DNA of 64,000 bases from the human T2T-CHM13v2.0 reference genome, Homo sapiens, in NCBI RefSeq assembly GCF_009914755.1, contig NC_060925.1; one strand, 5' to 3'. Shown one piece after another: positions 40,201 to 53,159 of the stretch. The stretch's first letter is position 1; each line of letters starts with the position of its first letter. The position numbers were made by a program, and so were the translations under genes. The notes under the pieces were generated by a model. It was not told the origin of the DNA and searched no databases. It worked only from the letters and a program-made list of their open reading frames with translations.

Positions 40201-42230
40201 ATGTCAACTCTGACCACTCCTATTTAACATAGTACTGTAAGTTCCAGCCAGAGCAATAGGCAAGATAGAAATAAAAGACATCCAATTCAGAAAAGAGGGA
40301 ATCAAATTATCTCTGTTGGCTGATGACATAATCTTAGACCTAGAAAATTCTAAAGACTCCTCTGAAAGGCTCCTAGACTTGATAAATGGCTTCAGTAAAG
40401 TTGCAAGATACAAAACTAACATATGAAAAGCAGAAGCATTTCTATACAATGATAGTGTTCAAGTTGAGAACCAAATGAAGAACTCAATCCCATTTACAAT
40501 AGCCACACAAAAATAAAATCTCTAGGAATACATTTAACTAAGGAGGTGAAGGATCTCTACAAGGAGAACTACAAAACATTGATGAAAGAAATCACGGATG
40601 ACACAAACAAATGGAAAAACAACCCATGTTCATGGACTGGAAGAATCAATATCATTATAATGACCACACTAACCAAAGCAATCTACAAATTCAACAGAAT
40701 TTCTATCAGTGTGCCAGCATCATTCTTCACAAAATTAGTTTATATAGATCTAAAGGTCTTAAGGAATAATAATAATAAAAAAGAGCCTGAATAGTGAAAG
40801 AAAACCTAAGCAAAAAGAGTAAAACTGGAGACATCATCTTACCTGACTTCAAATTACACTACAAATTATAGCAAGGTACTGGTACAAATATATATACATA
40901 GATCAATGGAACAGAATGAAGAACCAATAAATAAAGCCATATACCTAAAATCAACTGATCTTTCATAAAGTCAGTAAAATTAAACAATGGGGAAAGGACA
41001 CTTTATACAATAAATGATGTTTGGAAAATTGGCTAGCCATACGTAGAAGACTAAAACTGGATTTCTATTTTTCATTATATACAAAAATTAGCCCAAGATG
41101 GATTAGAGTCCCAAATGTAATACCTGAAATCATAAAAATATTAGAAGAAAACCTAGGAAAACCTCTTCTGGTTATTGGCCTAGGCAAAGAGTTTATAGCT
41201 AAGACACAAAAAGCAAATGCAACAAAACCAAATATAGACAAAGGGACTTAATTAACCTAAAAAGTTTTTGAAGAAGAAAACAAATAATCAATAAAGTAAA
41301 TAACCTACAAAATGGGAGAAAAGATTTTCAATTTATGTCTCTGACAAAGGACTAATATTTAGAATCTACAATGAACTCAAATAACTAACAAGAAAAAAAC
41401 ATACATCCTGTTAAAAAGTGGGAAAAGGACATATAACATAATTCTCAAAAGAAGTTACACAAGTGGACAAAAACATGAAAAAATGCCCAATATCACTAAT
41501 CATCAGATAAATGCAATACCATTTTACACCCATCAGAATGGTTATCATTAAAAAGTCACAAAATAACAGATCTTGGCAAGGATGCAAAGAAAAGAAAATG
41601 TTTATACACTGTTGATGGGAATGTATGTTAATATAAACTGTATGAAAAATAGCATTGAGATTTCCCAAATAAGTAAAAGATAGAACTAACATTGAATCCA
41701 ACAATCTCACTACTGCATATCTACCCAAATGAAAATAAATCATTGTATAAAGAAAACACCTGCAGTCATATGTTTATCGCAGCACTATTCACAGTAGCAA
41801 AGTCATGGAATCAACTTAAGTGTCCATCAACAGTTGACTGGATAAAGAAAATGTGGTATATATACACTGTGGAATACTACATAGCCATTAAAAATTAAAT
41901 TATGTCCTTTCCAGGAACATACATACAAATGGAGGCCATCATCCTATGTGAAATCACTCAGAAAGAGAAAATCTAACATTGCATGTTCCCACTTATAAGT
42001 AGTGCTAAACAATGGGTACACATGGACATAAAGATAAAAATAATAGACACTGAGGACTCTGAAAGTGAGGAGGGTGGGCGAGAGTGAGGGTTAAAAAATT
42101 ACATATTGGATACACTGTTCACTATTTGGGTTATGGCTACCAAAGTCCAAACCTCACCATTATGCAATATATCCATGTAACAAATCTGCATATATACCCC
42201 CCTGACTCTAACATAAAATTAAAATAATAA
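37245..42230. mobile_element. 5'-inverted L1 (L1PB3/4-like): minus segment 37245-39730 plus forward segment 39731-42230
   Basis: Minus ORFs 38295-38552 (EN, ...CAPNTG...VGDF) and 38953-39186 (ORF1); forward RT-to-3'UTR; abrupt strand switch at 39730/39731. Confidence 0.88.
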
Positions 42231-44551
42231 AGTGTAATTTTTAAGGGGAAGTGAAATAGTTGTCTTAGCTTTGAACGAAATTTAGAATAAAAAGAGATTT
42301 TCTGCAATGCCAAAATGCTTACAGAATGAATTACTGAGAAGTCAGTGGGGGAAAGAATGAATTCACTCTTCCATTTAAATTAATCTAAAATAATTTCCAT
42401 CTTATCAAGTCAATCTTTTTATAAAGATATGTGATATGGTAGATATCCCAGTACTATAGTTAAGACACTTAAACTTTCTTATTATTTAATGAATAATAAG
42501 TTGACCTTGGCACTATGGATGCACATAAAAATAACTATGCTCACATACTGAAAGGCATAGGAATAATGGATTAAAATCACAACATAAGCCATTGATATTT
42601 CTTCAGATGAGCACCATTTTATTCAAAAACATATTTAACATTAAAAATACCTTTAGTTATAAATATACCAGTGTTTCTAGTCCAAGAAAGTCTCTGATTA
42701 ATGCACCAATTGCTATGGTCTTAGATGTGTGTATGGTGTTTTTTTTTTTAATTTTCCACAAAAATTTGAAGGCTTATTTGAACCTTTTATTTAATGCTAT
42801 TGCTTCTTTATGCTCCAGAGAGATTTAAAATACAATCAAGTCCCTTATTCAATTCAAGTTATTGTAGGAACCACAGAAGCTCAATTAAAACATCAGCTTT
42901 CTATTAATCAGTTGTCTAGTAATTACCACACCTTGTCTATTGTATCCTGTTCACTTTCACAACTTTATCTCAATAGATTCAAATACTTGTAAGTACCCCT
43001 TCTAATAGAAAGAGCCTGGATGTACTTTGCAGGAAGGAGTATGCTGAAGTGGAGCTGTTTTAAAAGGAAAGAGTAACACTTTGAAGTAATGACCTGGCTA
43101 ATTAATGCTGAATTCCAGTAGAGATCCTATTCCTACTGAAGTACTTATGACATTCACATTAATACTAAATGAGCACATCAGAATTAATGTCTTTGCAATA
43201 AATACCAAAGGAGTTGAGAATGATTAGCCTATTATTGTAAAGTGTTACATAGAAGACAAAAAAGACGGAGGCTTAAAAGAGCAGTGATTTGTTTCTGAGA
43301 TTGGAGCTAATGGCATTCATATTTATCAAATAAAATAAAGACATGGAAATACATAGAATATTTCATGCACAATTCAGTACAATTTTAAATGTAAAATAAA
43401 TTGGTCTAAAAGGGGTAATGTCTAAATTTCATAAAAACTGTTAATACCCTACTTCTGCTATCAACCTTATGTGTTACATCTGTATACACATACATAAGGA
43501 AAATCTGTAGAAACAGATTTCTCTTGCATACACCTTTAAGTTTCCATTCTTAAAACAATGCTGCTGTGATCACCTTAATTTATGATCCACATAATAATCT
43601 AAATAAAATCTTAAAATACCTACAGAATGTTCTAATTTAGTGATTTTCACACTCTTTCAAAACCCTGGAGTTTTCTAAAGAGCCATGCCAGGATACAAAA
43701 TGAAAAGAAGTCCATGAGGAGAGAGGATTTCCTCTATCTCTTACCACACCCACTTGGAGCAGAGTGGCTCCAGTGTTATCTGTTGTAACTTTTATGATTC
43801 TGTATAAAACTTTATTGGGAAATAAGAGGTTTGAAAACAAATTTTTAAATAAGTATGAAAAGCATTTTTTAAATAGAAGGTCCTTAGGTAAATTATTTGT
43901 TATTTTATCTTCTTGCAGACACAGACATTCTCACAATCTTATGTTGGGTCTCGGTAAAAATTGAGTCATGGCATTCAGATATGTTTAAACTGCTCTTGTC
44001 TAGATTACTCAGCACTTAACTAAGCCACCTCTTTACCTTCCAGTGAATCTTCTTCCATTCTTTTGCCAGTGAACTTAAGGAAATACAGCCCGGATGATAT
44101 TAGTACATTGTAATGTTCCAATTCTTCAATTGTTTCTAATGTAAACAGGACGAATCTAAACTTCTTATGACATTTTTTAACTTTTACCCCAATTCAAATT
44201 AAAAACCCACAATACATGTTTAATGACTATATTATACTAATGTATATTTCCATGTTTTTGGTCATGCTGGTTACATTGTTTAGAATATTTTTCATGTTGA
44301 CCATCAGTATGGATATGCGTATAAAAACAAGCAAGGGAATCACTTCTGAGATAGCACTGAGCATAATTGGTAATGCCCTCCTTTTGTTCCTCCTGATATA
44401 GATTGTATATATTTCTACTCATACTATTCACATACTTCTACATACATATTTCTATAGAATCGCATTCTACAGCACCTAGACTATGTATGTGTGCTCTCCA
44501 TTCTAGTTACCCAAGGCAGAATCTGAGCCTTATTTGTCCTCATCTTCAGTC

Positions 44552-44735
44552 AGTGCTTTCTGTAGATAACCTCTATTGAAATCAGCTGGGTATTAAAAAT
44601 AAACAATTGTGGGTACCACTCTGACCTATCAATCACAATTTTGGATCAGCAAAATAGTGTTTATACCATAATCCTGAATTTTCAAGAAGCGAAGCAGGTG
44701 TTTTTCCACCAACAAAAGTTTGAGAATTACTGCTA
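44552..44735. mobile_element. MER5-like hAT MITE, degenerate
   Basis: cagtgctttc...gaaatcagctggg...aaagtttgagaattactg. Confidence 0.55.
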
Positions 44736-45299
44736 ATTGCCTATAAGAGTCTTTGGAATATAACAAGTGTTTAATTAGGGAATGTGCATTGATTAAATTA
44801 TCAGAAGCAACCTCTGCAATTGGCCTTGACTATTCACTCTTAGTGCCAAATGGCCTTGTTCTTGTTGAAACTGAATTTCATATGCCTAGTTCTAGATAAA
44901 AAGATCTAAGATTGCTGAATAACATATTCTGCTATTACTGGTAGGTAGCCCACTACTGCACAACTACCATCTCATCTAGTAGAGCTTATCAAGTTTCCAA
45001 AAATAAAAATAGATTAATTAATTTATAGCTTTGATTATACCAATTTTTATGATGGTTCAAATTTGTTTCAAAATAAGCCAATCGTTTGATTTCTCTTTCT
45101 CATTAAAAAATGCAGAATATCCCTCACTCTAAAGCGATACTAATATTAAATTTAGTTTCCTTGGCTAAAGATTGATAGTGTCCTCCACTGAAAACTCACT
45201 GGACTTGACCAGTAGAACGTCTTGTCATTGGAAATATAACTTTCCTCTCATGTTCAGTGACAAAGGATTTTATAAGACTATCTCTATCAAAGAATGGGA

Positions 45300-45654
45300 T
45301 ATATTAGTCTGTTTTCTTGCTGCTGATAAAGACATACCAGAGACTCGACAATTTACAAAGAAAGAGGTTTAATTGGATTTACAGTTCTTTTTGGCTGGGG
45401 AAGCCTCACAATCATGGCAGAAGGCAAGGAGAAGCAAGTCACATCTTACATGGCTATCAGTAGGCAAAGAGAGAGCTTGTGCAGGCCAACTCCTCTTTTT
45501 AAAACCATCAGGTCTCATGAGACTTATTCACTATCACAGTAACAGCATGGGAAAGACTTACCCCCCGTGATTCAATTACCTCCCACCAGGTCACTCCCAC
45601 AATATGTGGGAATTGAAGATGCAATTTGGGTGGGGACATAAACAAAATATATTA
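45300..45654 (-). mobile_element. THE1 (THE1A/B-like) MaLR solo LTR
   Basis: tattagtctgttttcttgctgctgataaagacatacc...tttgggtggggaca; TSD tgg[g/a]a. Confidence 0.9.
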
Positions 45655-47014
45655 TGGAACAAAGAGATGTTTTGCTCCCTAAACAAAGGCATTTCCCAAA
45701 GAGTTTCTTTTCTTTCCTTCTACTCTTTTCCTTAACAAATTTCCCCTTGTTCCTATATTAATAATTAGTTCTTAACTAATGTTTATTGTGTTTGTAAGCT
45801 AGCCCAAACATTCTATTTTCTGATTGTCCTTATCTTTAGAGGCTATTGAAACACTTACATTTGATATTTTACCACCACAATAAAGGCTGTGGATACTAAA
45901 ACCAGACGTAATCATTTACTTATGAAAATAGTTTTGACTTTCTGATTCTTTTTTTATAGAGCCACTGTATTCTCAGCAACTCAGTCTTAAAAACCAGAAG
46001 TCATTAGAAATTATTCTCTCCTTTTGCCTTCATCTAAGAATTTCCACATTCCAGAGCATCTGTCATCCCTTAATTTCCATTTTCACTACCATCACTACTC
46101 TGCCCTTCCAGCTGGACAAGTCTGACTGACTGCCAAAGGGTCTTCTTGCTTCCTGTTTTATTCTAGATAAACTCATGCAACAGTAAACTGCCAAATTAAG
46201 TTTCTCAAATCCAACTCTTTTTAAAACACTTGACTGCTCAAAATCTTACAGTTATTCTTCAGGTCCTACTTCATTTTTACTTGTCTAGGATACTTCCATG
46301 AGATAATATTCTAAATTTATCTTCTACCACTCTTTTAAACATACCCTAAACTCTGGTCAAGATATGTAAATTATTATACCTACCCTAACCCCTCCATTAT
46401 TCCCTTTAGCCACAACCAGCATATTCTGTTTCTCTTCAGGTTTGAATTCAACTGCCTAACAAAACACACCAATAGATGAGTAGGAACATCGCTTTCAATG
46501 TGGAATATGGAGGTTTCATCAGAAGTGGGTAGGAGGAGGGGCTTAGCTCTTTGTAAAACATACTGATTTACAGAAAACAATGCTGGACCTTAATATTTAA
46601 ACTTGCCTATCTCTAAAATTCCAGTAAGTGCTATAATATTCTGTAATATTACAAATAAGCAACCACCCAGCAGTATCCTTTGCAGCACAGTCCAACCTTC
46701 AGACCTCACTGCTTTTGAGAGAACTGCTGTAAGATTACACCTAAGAAGTAAAAATCCTAAAAACTCCCCTGAGCAATATCAATAGATCAATAGATATGAT
46801 TTATATACACATCCATTCTGATGCCAAACAATGTAGCTTTAGAGTGAACAAAGCTGAATACAAATATACTTGCCTGAGAAGTTCCCCAAAGTAAGCTGGC
46901 CCCAACATTTGTTGCTAGTTAAGTTCCTTCTGTCCATTGTTAGTTCATTTCTTTTTTTTTTTTTTTTTTTTTTTTGCTTTATTTGTGGGGGAGGTTGATT
47001 TAAATGTACAATAA

Positions 47015-47130
47015 ATATATTGTGATGATTGTACAACAATCCTGTAAATATACTAAAAATACTTAATCGTATATTAAAATGAGTACATTTTATGATATTT
47101 AAATTATACCTCGATGAAAAGAAAAAATGA
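47015..47130 (+). mobile_element. Old L1M 3'-end fragment
   Basis: 'gatgattgtacaac...gtaaatatactaaaa...aaattatacctc' plus A tail. Confidence 0.6.
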
Positions 47131-47490
47131 TAAAAAGAATACCTATACATTTATTAAATAACATAAACATAAATAAAGGTTAAAAAACTAGGTTTGCAGT
47201 TTTGTATTAAAATACTAATTCATGATTGCCTAGTCTGACTACATCTCAAATGCTAAAACTCAAGAATTTACAGTTAACTTTTTCTAACAGAGGAAATTTG
47301 GAATGTGTTAGTGATTATTGTTCTTTTTTTTTTTTTTTGCTGCTTAATTAAACATTTATTTTTTAACTGAAGATGTGTTACATGTTCAGTATGAAAAATA
47401 TAGAATATATAAGGAAGCAAAAAGAAGAACATTTAAAAGACCTGTATTCTTTTCTCTTGTAACTCATTTCACCTTTTTGTTTTCAGTTTA

Positions 47491-47523
47491 CAGTAGTCCT
47501 CCATTATCCACAATTTTGCTTTC
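47491..47523 (+). mobile_element. Terminal 33 bp of a MER44/Tigger7-like DNA transposon
   Basis: TA|cagtagtcctccattatccacaattttgctttc versus remembered CAGTAGTCCCCCCTTATCCGCGGTTTCGCTTTC; very short. Confidence 0.55.
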
Positions 47524-47612
47524 TTTTTTTTTTTTTTTTGAGTGTCTTTAATTTTTTTTTTTTTATTATACTTTAAGTTTTAGGGTACATGTGCACATTG
47601 TGCAGGTTAGTT
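47524..47612 (-). mobile_element. Extremely truncated young L1 (L1PA2/L1HS-like 3' terminus) with double poly(A)
   Basis: Reverse complement AACTAACCTGCACAATGTGCACATGTACCCTAAAACTTAAAGTATAAT-A13-TTAAAGACACTC-A16. Confidence 0.88.
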
Positions 47613-48035
47613 CATTTCTATTAAATAGCCAGTCTTTACTATCAGTGATAGTACTACAATTCAAGAAAATGGAAATGGCTTAAGGGAATCACATTTCTCT
47701 CTGGTTCCCTAGTTCTTCTTGCAAGAGGGAATGGCTGCTTCTATAGGAGTTGACCAAACCAAAGGAGAACAGAGATCCAACCCAAGCAGTTGTTGTAGAA
47801 TACTGCTCCTTGTCTGTTTCAAGCCAACTGAATGTGTTTTATTTTTCCTTTTAATGAATGGTTCTTGTTATTAGGGACTAATAATCATTTCAAGATACAG
47901 GGTTGTACAATCTAATAAGTGATATTGCAGTACTCTCCCTGCCCTCCAGCCCCCCGAAAAAATTCTGCCTAGGTGAAAAGTGACATTTAAGTTAGATCCA
48001 AAGGATAATATAGGCCAAGTACATTCTGGGCAGAG

Positions 48036-48898
48036 TTATTAAATGAGACATATTCAGAGAAGAAAGATCTTTAATGTGTTTTCTAGCAGCGTATGAAAAT
48101 GTGATCAGGTTAGGGTCTTAAAGAAATGGATGCCTCCCTATTGTAACAGTTTATAATTTGATACTTTTGATTACATTTAGACAAAAATTTTAGAACACCA
48201 AGAGACAAACGCAAACCGAACCATTGCATGTAGTTATCCTGTAACAAAGATGTGTAAACCAATACTGATATTATCTGCATCGTCCCAGACTTGGCATATT
48301 CTACTTACTCATGGTTGAAGGGAGACCTTAGGAATTTTACCTACAGTCTGAAGCCAAGGCTTCATGAGAAGATTTGCAAAAAGTTTTAGGATCTTTTGTA
48401 ATACTTTCACTGAGTCATCAATTATGATACGTCCATAGAAATATTCAGTCAAAAATGATTTTGCCTTACTTTATAAGAAAGAGACAAATTTGTGTCTAAT
48501 ATATTTATCAAGTCAAATAAACTAAGGATGGTTTCTAAACAAATAAATGTAGGAATAAGTTGAAGCTAGGTATTTGCATACATTATTTATTAAAATATTG
48601 AGATCATAATATTAAGATATTAAGAACAAATGTGCACTGAAGAATGACCTGCCACCAAAACTCTACCTACACATGAGTAAACCTGAACAATTTAATTTTC
48701 TTTTTTGTTTTTAAATTTAAAACGAAATAAAGATGGGGTCTTGTTATGTTGCCCAGTGTGTTCTTGAACTCCTGGTTTCAAGCCATCCTCCCACATTGGC
48801 CTCCCAAATACTGGGATTACAGACATGAGCCACCATGCCCAGTCTAATTTTCAGTTACAGAAATTTGAATGCACATTATGGAGAAAACCGTACAATCT
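48036..48898 (-). pseudogene. Retrocopy-like 3'UTR fragment, resembling the SEPTIN14 terminal-exon pseudogene family
   Basis: Minus-strand ATTAAA (48070-48075) ~30 nt from the end, embedded FLAM, 7 CpGs, gcaga on both flanks; identity is recognition from memory only. Confidence 0.5.
48731..48842 (-). mobile_element. FLAM / free left Alu monomer
   Basis: agatggggtcttgttatgttgcccag...gggattacagacatgagccaccatgccc; single arm. Confidence 0.85.
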
Positions 48899-49016
48899 GC
48901 AGAAGCAGCTATAGTCTAAGGGATGCATATAGAATTATATTTAAAAATCTTTAGGACTAAAAGATAAGTATGGAATGTTTTAAACATCAAAAGCAAAACC
49001 AGAAGGCAACACTATT

Positions 49017-51657
49017 ATTATTATTATTTTGCTTTCAACTTTTATTTTAGGTTCATGTGCAGGTTTGATACAATGGTAAATTGTGTGTCACTGGGGTTTC
49101 ATGTACAAATGATTCTGTCACCCAGGTAGTGAGCATATACCCAAGTTTTTCAACCCTCTCCCTCCTACCATCCTCTGCCATCTAGTAGGCCCCATTGTAT
49201 ATTCTCTTTGTATCCTTGTGTACTCACTGTTTAGCTCCCACTTATAAGTGAAAAGATGCTGTATTTAATTTTCTGTTCTTGTAATTTGCTTACGATAATG
49301 GCCTCCAGCTGCATCCATGTTACTGCAACAGACATGATTTTGTTCTTTTTTTATGGCTACTTAGTATTTCACAGTATATATTTACCACATTTTTTTAAAC
49401 CAGTCCACCATTGATGGGCATCTAGGTTGATTCCTTATTTTTGCTATTGTGAACAGTGCTGCAATCAACATATGAGTGCATGTATCTTTTTGGTGGAATG
49501 ATTTATTTTCTTTTGGGCTTATACTTAGGAATGAAATTCCTGGGTCAAATGATAGTTCTTTTTTCAGTTCCTTGAGAAATTTTCCAACTGCTTTCCACAG
49601 TGGCTGAACTAATTTACATACTTACTAACACTGTATAAGCATTCCTTTTTCTCCTCAACGTTGCCAGCATATTTTCTGACTTTTTAATAATAATCATTCT
49701 GACTGGTGTGAGATAGTATTTCATTGTGGTTTTGATTTGCATTTCTGTAATTACTACTGATGTTGAGCATTATTTTATATTTTTGTTGACCATAAGTTTG
49801 TATTCTTTGAGAAGTGACTGTTCACGTCCTTTGCACATTTTTAATAGGTTTATTTGCATTTTTCTTGACTTGTTTAATTTTCTTACAGATTCTGAATATT
49901 AAATTTTATTAGATGCATAGTTTGAAAATATCTTCACTCATTCCATAGTTTGTCTGTTACTCTGTTGATAGTTCCTTTTGCTGTGCAGAAGTGCTTTAGT
50001 TTAATCAGATCCCACTTGTCAATTTTTGTTTCAGTTGCAATTGCTTTTGGGGACTTAGTCATACCTTTATTTTTTTTTTTTTTGTCAAGGCTGATGTCCA
50101 GAATGGTATTTTCTACATTTTCTTCTAGGATTTTTATAGTTGTAGGTCTTCATTTAAGTCTTTATCTATCTTGAGTTAATTTTTGTATACAGTGAAAGGT
50201 AGGAGCCAGGTTTCAATCTTCTGCACTTATCTTAGCACCATTTATTGAATAAGGAGTCCTTTCTCCATTGCTTGTTATTGTTGACTTTAATCAGATGGTT
50301 TTAAGTGTGAAGCTTTTTTCTCTGGATCTTCTATCCTGTTTAATTTGTCTCTGTGTCTATATTTGTACCAGTACTATACTGTTTCGGTTATTGCAGTCTT
50401 ACAGTATAGTTTAAAATTGGGTAGTGTGATGCCTCCAGCTTTGTTCTTTTTGCTTAAGATTTCTTTATTTGGACTCTTTTTTGGTTCTCTATAAATTTTA
50501 GAGTAGTTTTTTCTAAATCTGTGAAAAATAACATTGGTAGTTTGATAGAAATAGCATTGAATCTGTAAGTTGCTCTGGTAAGTATGGCCATTTTAACAAT
50601 ATTGATTCTTCCTATCCATGAGCATGGAATGTTTTGCCATTTATTTATGTTGTCTCTGATTTCTCAGCAGTGTTTTGTAGTGTTTGTTGTAGAGATCTTT
50701 CACCTCCTTGGTTAGCTGTAGTTGTAGACATTTTATTCTTTTTGTGACTATTTTAAATTGGATTGTGTTCTTGATTTGGCTCTCAGTTTAAACATTAGTG
50801 GTGTATAGAAATGCTATTACTTTTTGTATGTTAATTTTTGAATCCTGAAATTTTACTGAAGTCATTTATCAGTTCTAGGTGTCTTTTGGTGTAGTCGTTA
50901 GGGTTTTTTATATATACTATCCTATCATTTGTGAAGAGAGATAATTTGATTTTCTCTTTTCTTCTTTGGGTGCCTTTTATTTCTTTCTATTGCCAGATTG
51001 CTCTGGCTAAGACTTTCAGTACCATGTTGAATAGGAGTGGTGAAAGTGGGCATCCTTGTCTGTTCCAGTTCTCAAGAGGAATGCTTCCAGCTTTCCCACA
51101 TCAGTATGATGTTGGCTATGAGTTTGTCATTGATGTCTCATTATTTCAAGGTATGTTCCTTTGATGCCTAATTTATTGAGAGCTTTTAACATGCAGGGAA
51201 GTTGAATTTTATTGAAAGTCTTTTTTGCATCTATTGAGATGACTGGACGGTTTTTATTTTTAATTCTATTTATGTGGTGAGTCACATTTATTGATTTGTG
51301 TATGTTGAACCAATGTTGTATCTTAGGAATAAAGCCTACTTGATTGTGGTGAATTAACTTTTTGGTGTTTGCTGGCTTCAGTTTGCTAGCATTTTGTTGA
51401 CAATTTTTGCATCTATGTTCATGAAGGATATTGGCCTGAAGTTTTCTTTTCTCATGTGCCTTTGACAAATTTTCATATCAGAATGATGCTAGATTTGTAG
51501 AATGAGTAAGGAGGAGTAACTCCTCCTCAATTTTTTGGAAGAATTTCAGTAGGATTGGTACTACTGTTGTAGTAGTACTAATGTTGTACTAATGTTGTAG
51601 AATTTGGCTGTGAATCCATCTGTTCAGGGTTGTTTTGTTTTGTTTTGGTTGCTAGGC
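49017..51657 (-). mobile_element. 5'-truncated L1PA15/16-like LINE-1, ~2.6 kb
   Basis: Reverse 3'UTR 'gtcacccaggtagtgagcata'; RT remnant ORF 51127-51468 (QVGFIP...[10 protein letters not shown]); 18-bp TSD ccagaa[g/a]gcaa[c/a]a[c/t]tatt. Confidence 0.9.
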
Positions 51658-51699
51658 CCAGAAAGCAAAATTATTGAATTATATCTTAATTAATGTCAT

Positions 51700-52370
51700 A
51701 CATCTAAAATTAAGGATATGAACAGCAGACAATTTAGTGATTCTAAGATATTTGAAAATTTTAAAATATACAAGATATTAATACCAAAAAGATATTTTAA
51801 ATTTCTAAAAGTAAAAGCAGAAGAGATAAAAATTTATAAGAACATGAGAAAAAGATGTGTGTAGGCAATTTACAGAGTTAACTTGAAAACCTAAGAAACA
51901 GATGAAGAGATGCTCAAATTTATTGGCATAATTCTCATTAATAATAAGAAATGCAAATTGAGCTAAAATGATATATAGCTTTACAGTTGTTATATTGGCA
52001 AAAAATTGAAAACAAAATACCAAAGGTTGAAGGTGATATGTACATGAATTGCAGGTGGGTGTATGGACTGATGCAGCCCTTCTGGAAAGCAATCTGGCAC
52101 CAGTACACACATTAAGTGTATGTATATTTATAGCACTCCTACTCTTGGATATGTTACACCCCCCATCAAACAAGCAATTATTCTCTCACAAATTCATACA
52201 GAGACATATATGAAGTGGTTCATACAGTGTTATTTGTCAAGGAATTGAAAAAGACCTGGGTGTTCATTACTGAGAGACTTCAGGAGTAAACTGTAGGGGA
52301 GGTACACCATGAGCTATTATGCAACCATTGGAAATAATGAATTGGGCATATACATGGCAACATAAGAAAA
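51700..52370 (+). mobile_element. Old L1ME-like 3' fragment
   Basis: 'atgaagagatgctcaa...aagaaatgcaaatt...tctggaaagcaatctggca'. Confidence 0.65.
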
Positions 52371-52409
52371 CCACACTGGGAGTGTCTGCCATTTTGTCCT
52401 ATTTTCAAA

Positions 52410-52799
52410 TTAACAGGTTAGTTTGCCACAGTTTCCTGTAAGCTGGCAGAAAATATGAGACTCCTCAGTAAGAGACAAAGGATTTGTCCACAATGATAAA
52501 GCAAGTTGCATGACTTTCATGTTCACGCCTATTTCCTCTGCTCTACAGTCCCTCAGAGGTGATACTGATGGGACTAGATGGAAGCTGCATATCCAGTGTG
52601 TCTGTATTAAAATCCAGCAATCCAAAGGTAAAGAAGTCTCAATCTTTCATAATGGGTTGCAAGAAATCCTGCCCCAATTTTGCCCTGGAAGAAAATATTA
52701 TCTTTATTATACTGGACAGAAATTAAGTCTGCTATTTCAGAAGGAGACAATATAATTTTTTAAAGTCTATTCAAACATCTTTGACAAGATGGGTCCACA
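52410..52799 (-). mobile_element. Old ERV LTR, family uncertain
   Basis: Reverse complement starts TGTGGACCCATCTTGTCAAAGATGTTTG; 'tgagactcct...agagacaaagga' LTR-like 3' text. Confidence 0.5.
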
Positions 52800-53159
52800 C
52801 TTGGAGACATAATCTTGAGGTTGGGGGTTACTACTTCTTTCAGGAAGAGCCTCCTGCAGCAGCTGCCAAGTCAGGAGAAGGCCTTAGAGTTCTCACCAGC
52901 CGAGCCCCTGAAGGTGTCTCAAATAAGACGGGGTCCTTGCTGCTTTTGTGATCTTCCACAGATATGTGCATTTTCAATTTCTCAACCACCTTTCACTTTC
53001 TGTTGGTTTGTTTCAGGTCTCGGGTCATATGGGCAATAGCAGGTGTATCTTATCACCTCAATCTATTACATATATGTTTATTGCTTTGAGGAGAAAAAGA
53101 ACTTCACTGTGGGCTCAATGCTACTTGACATGAGTGACTCCATTTTGAGGCATAAGGAT

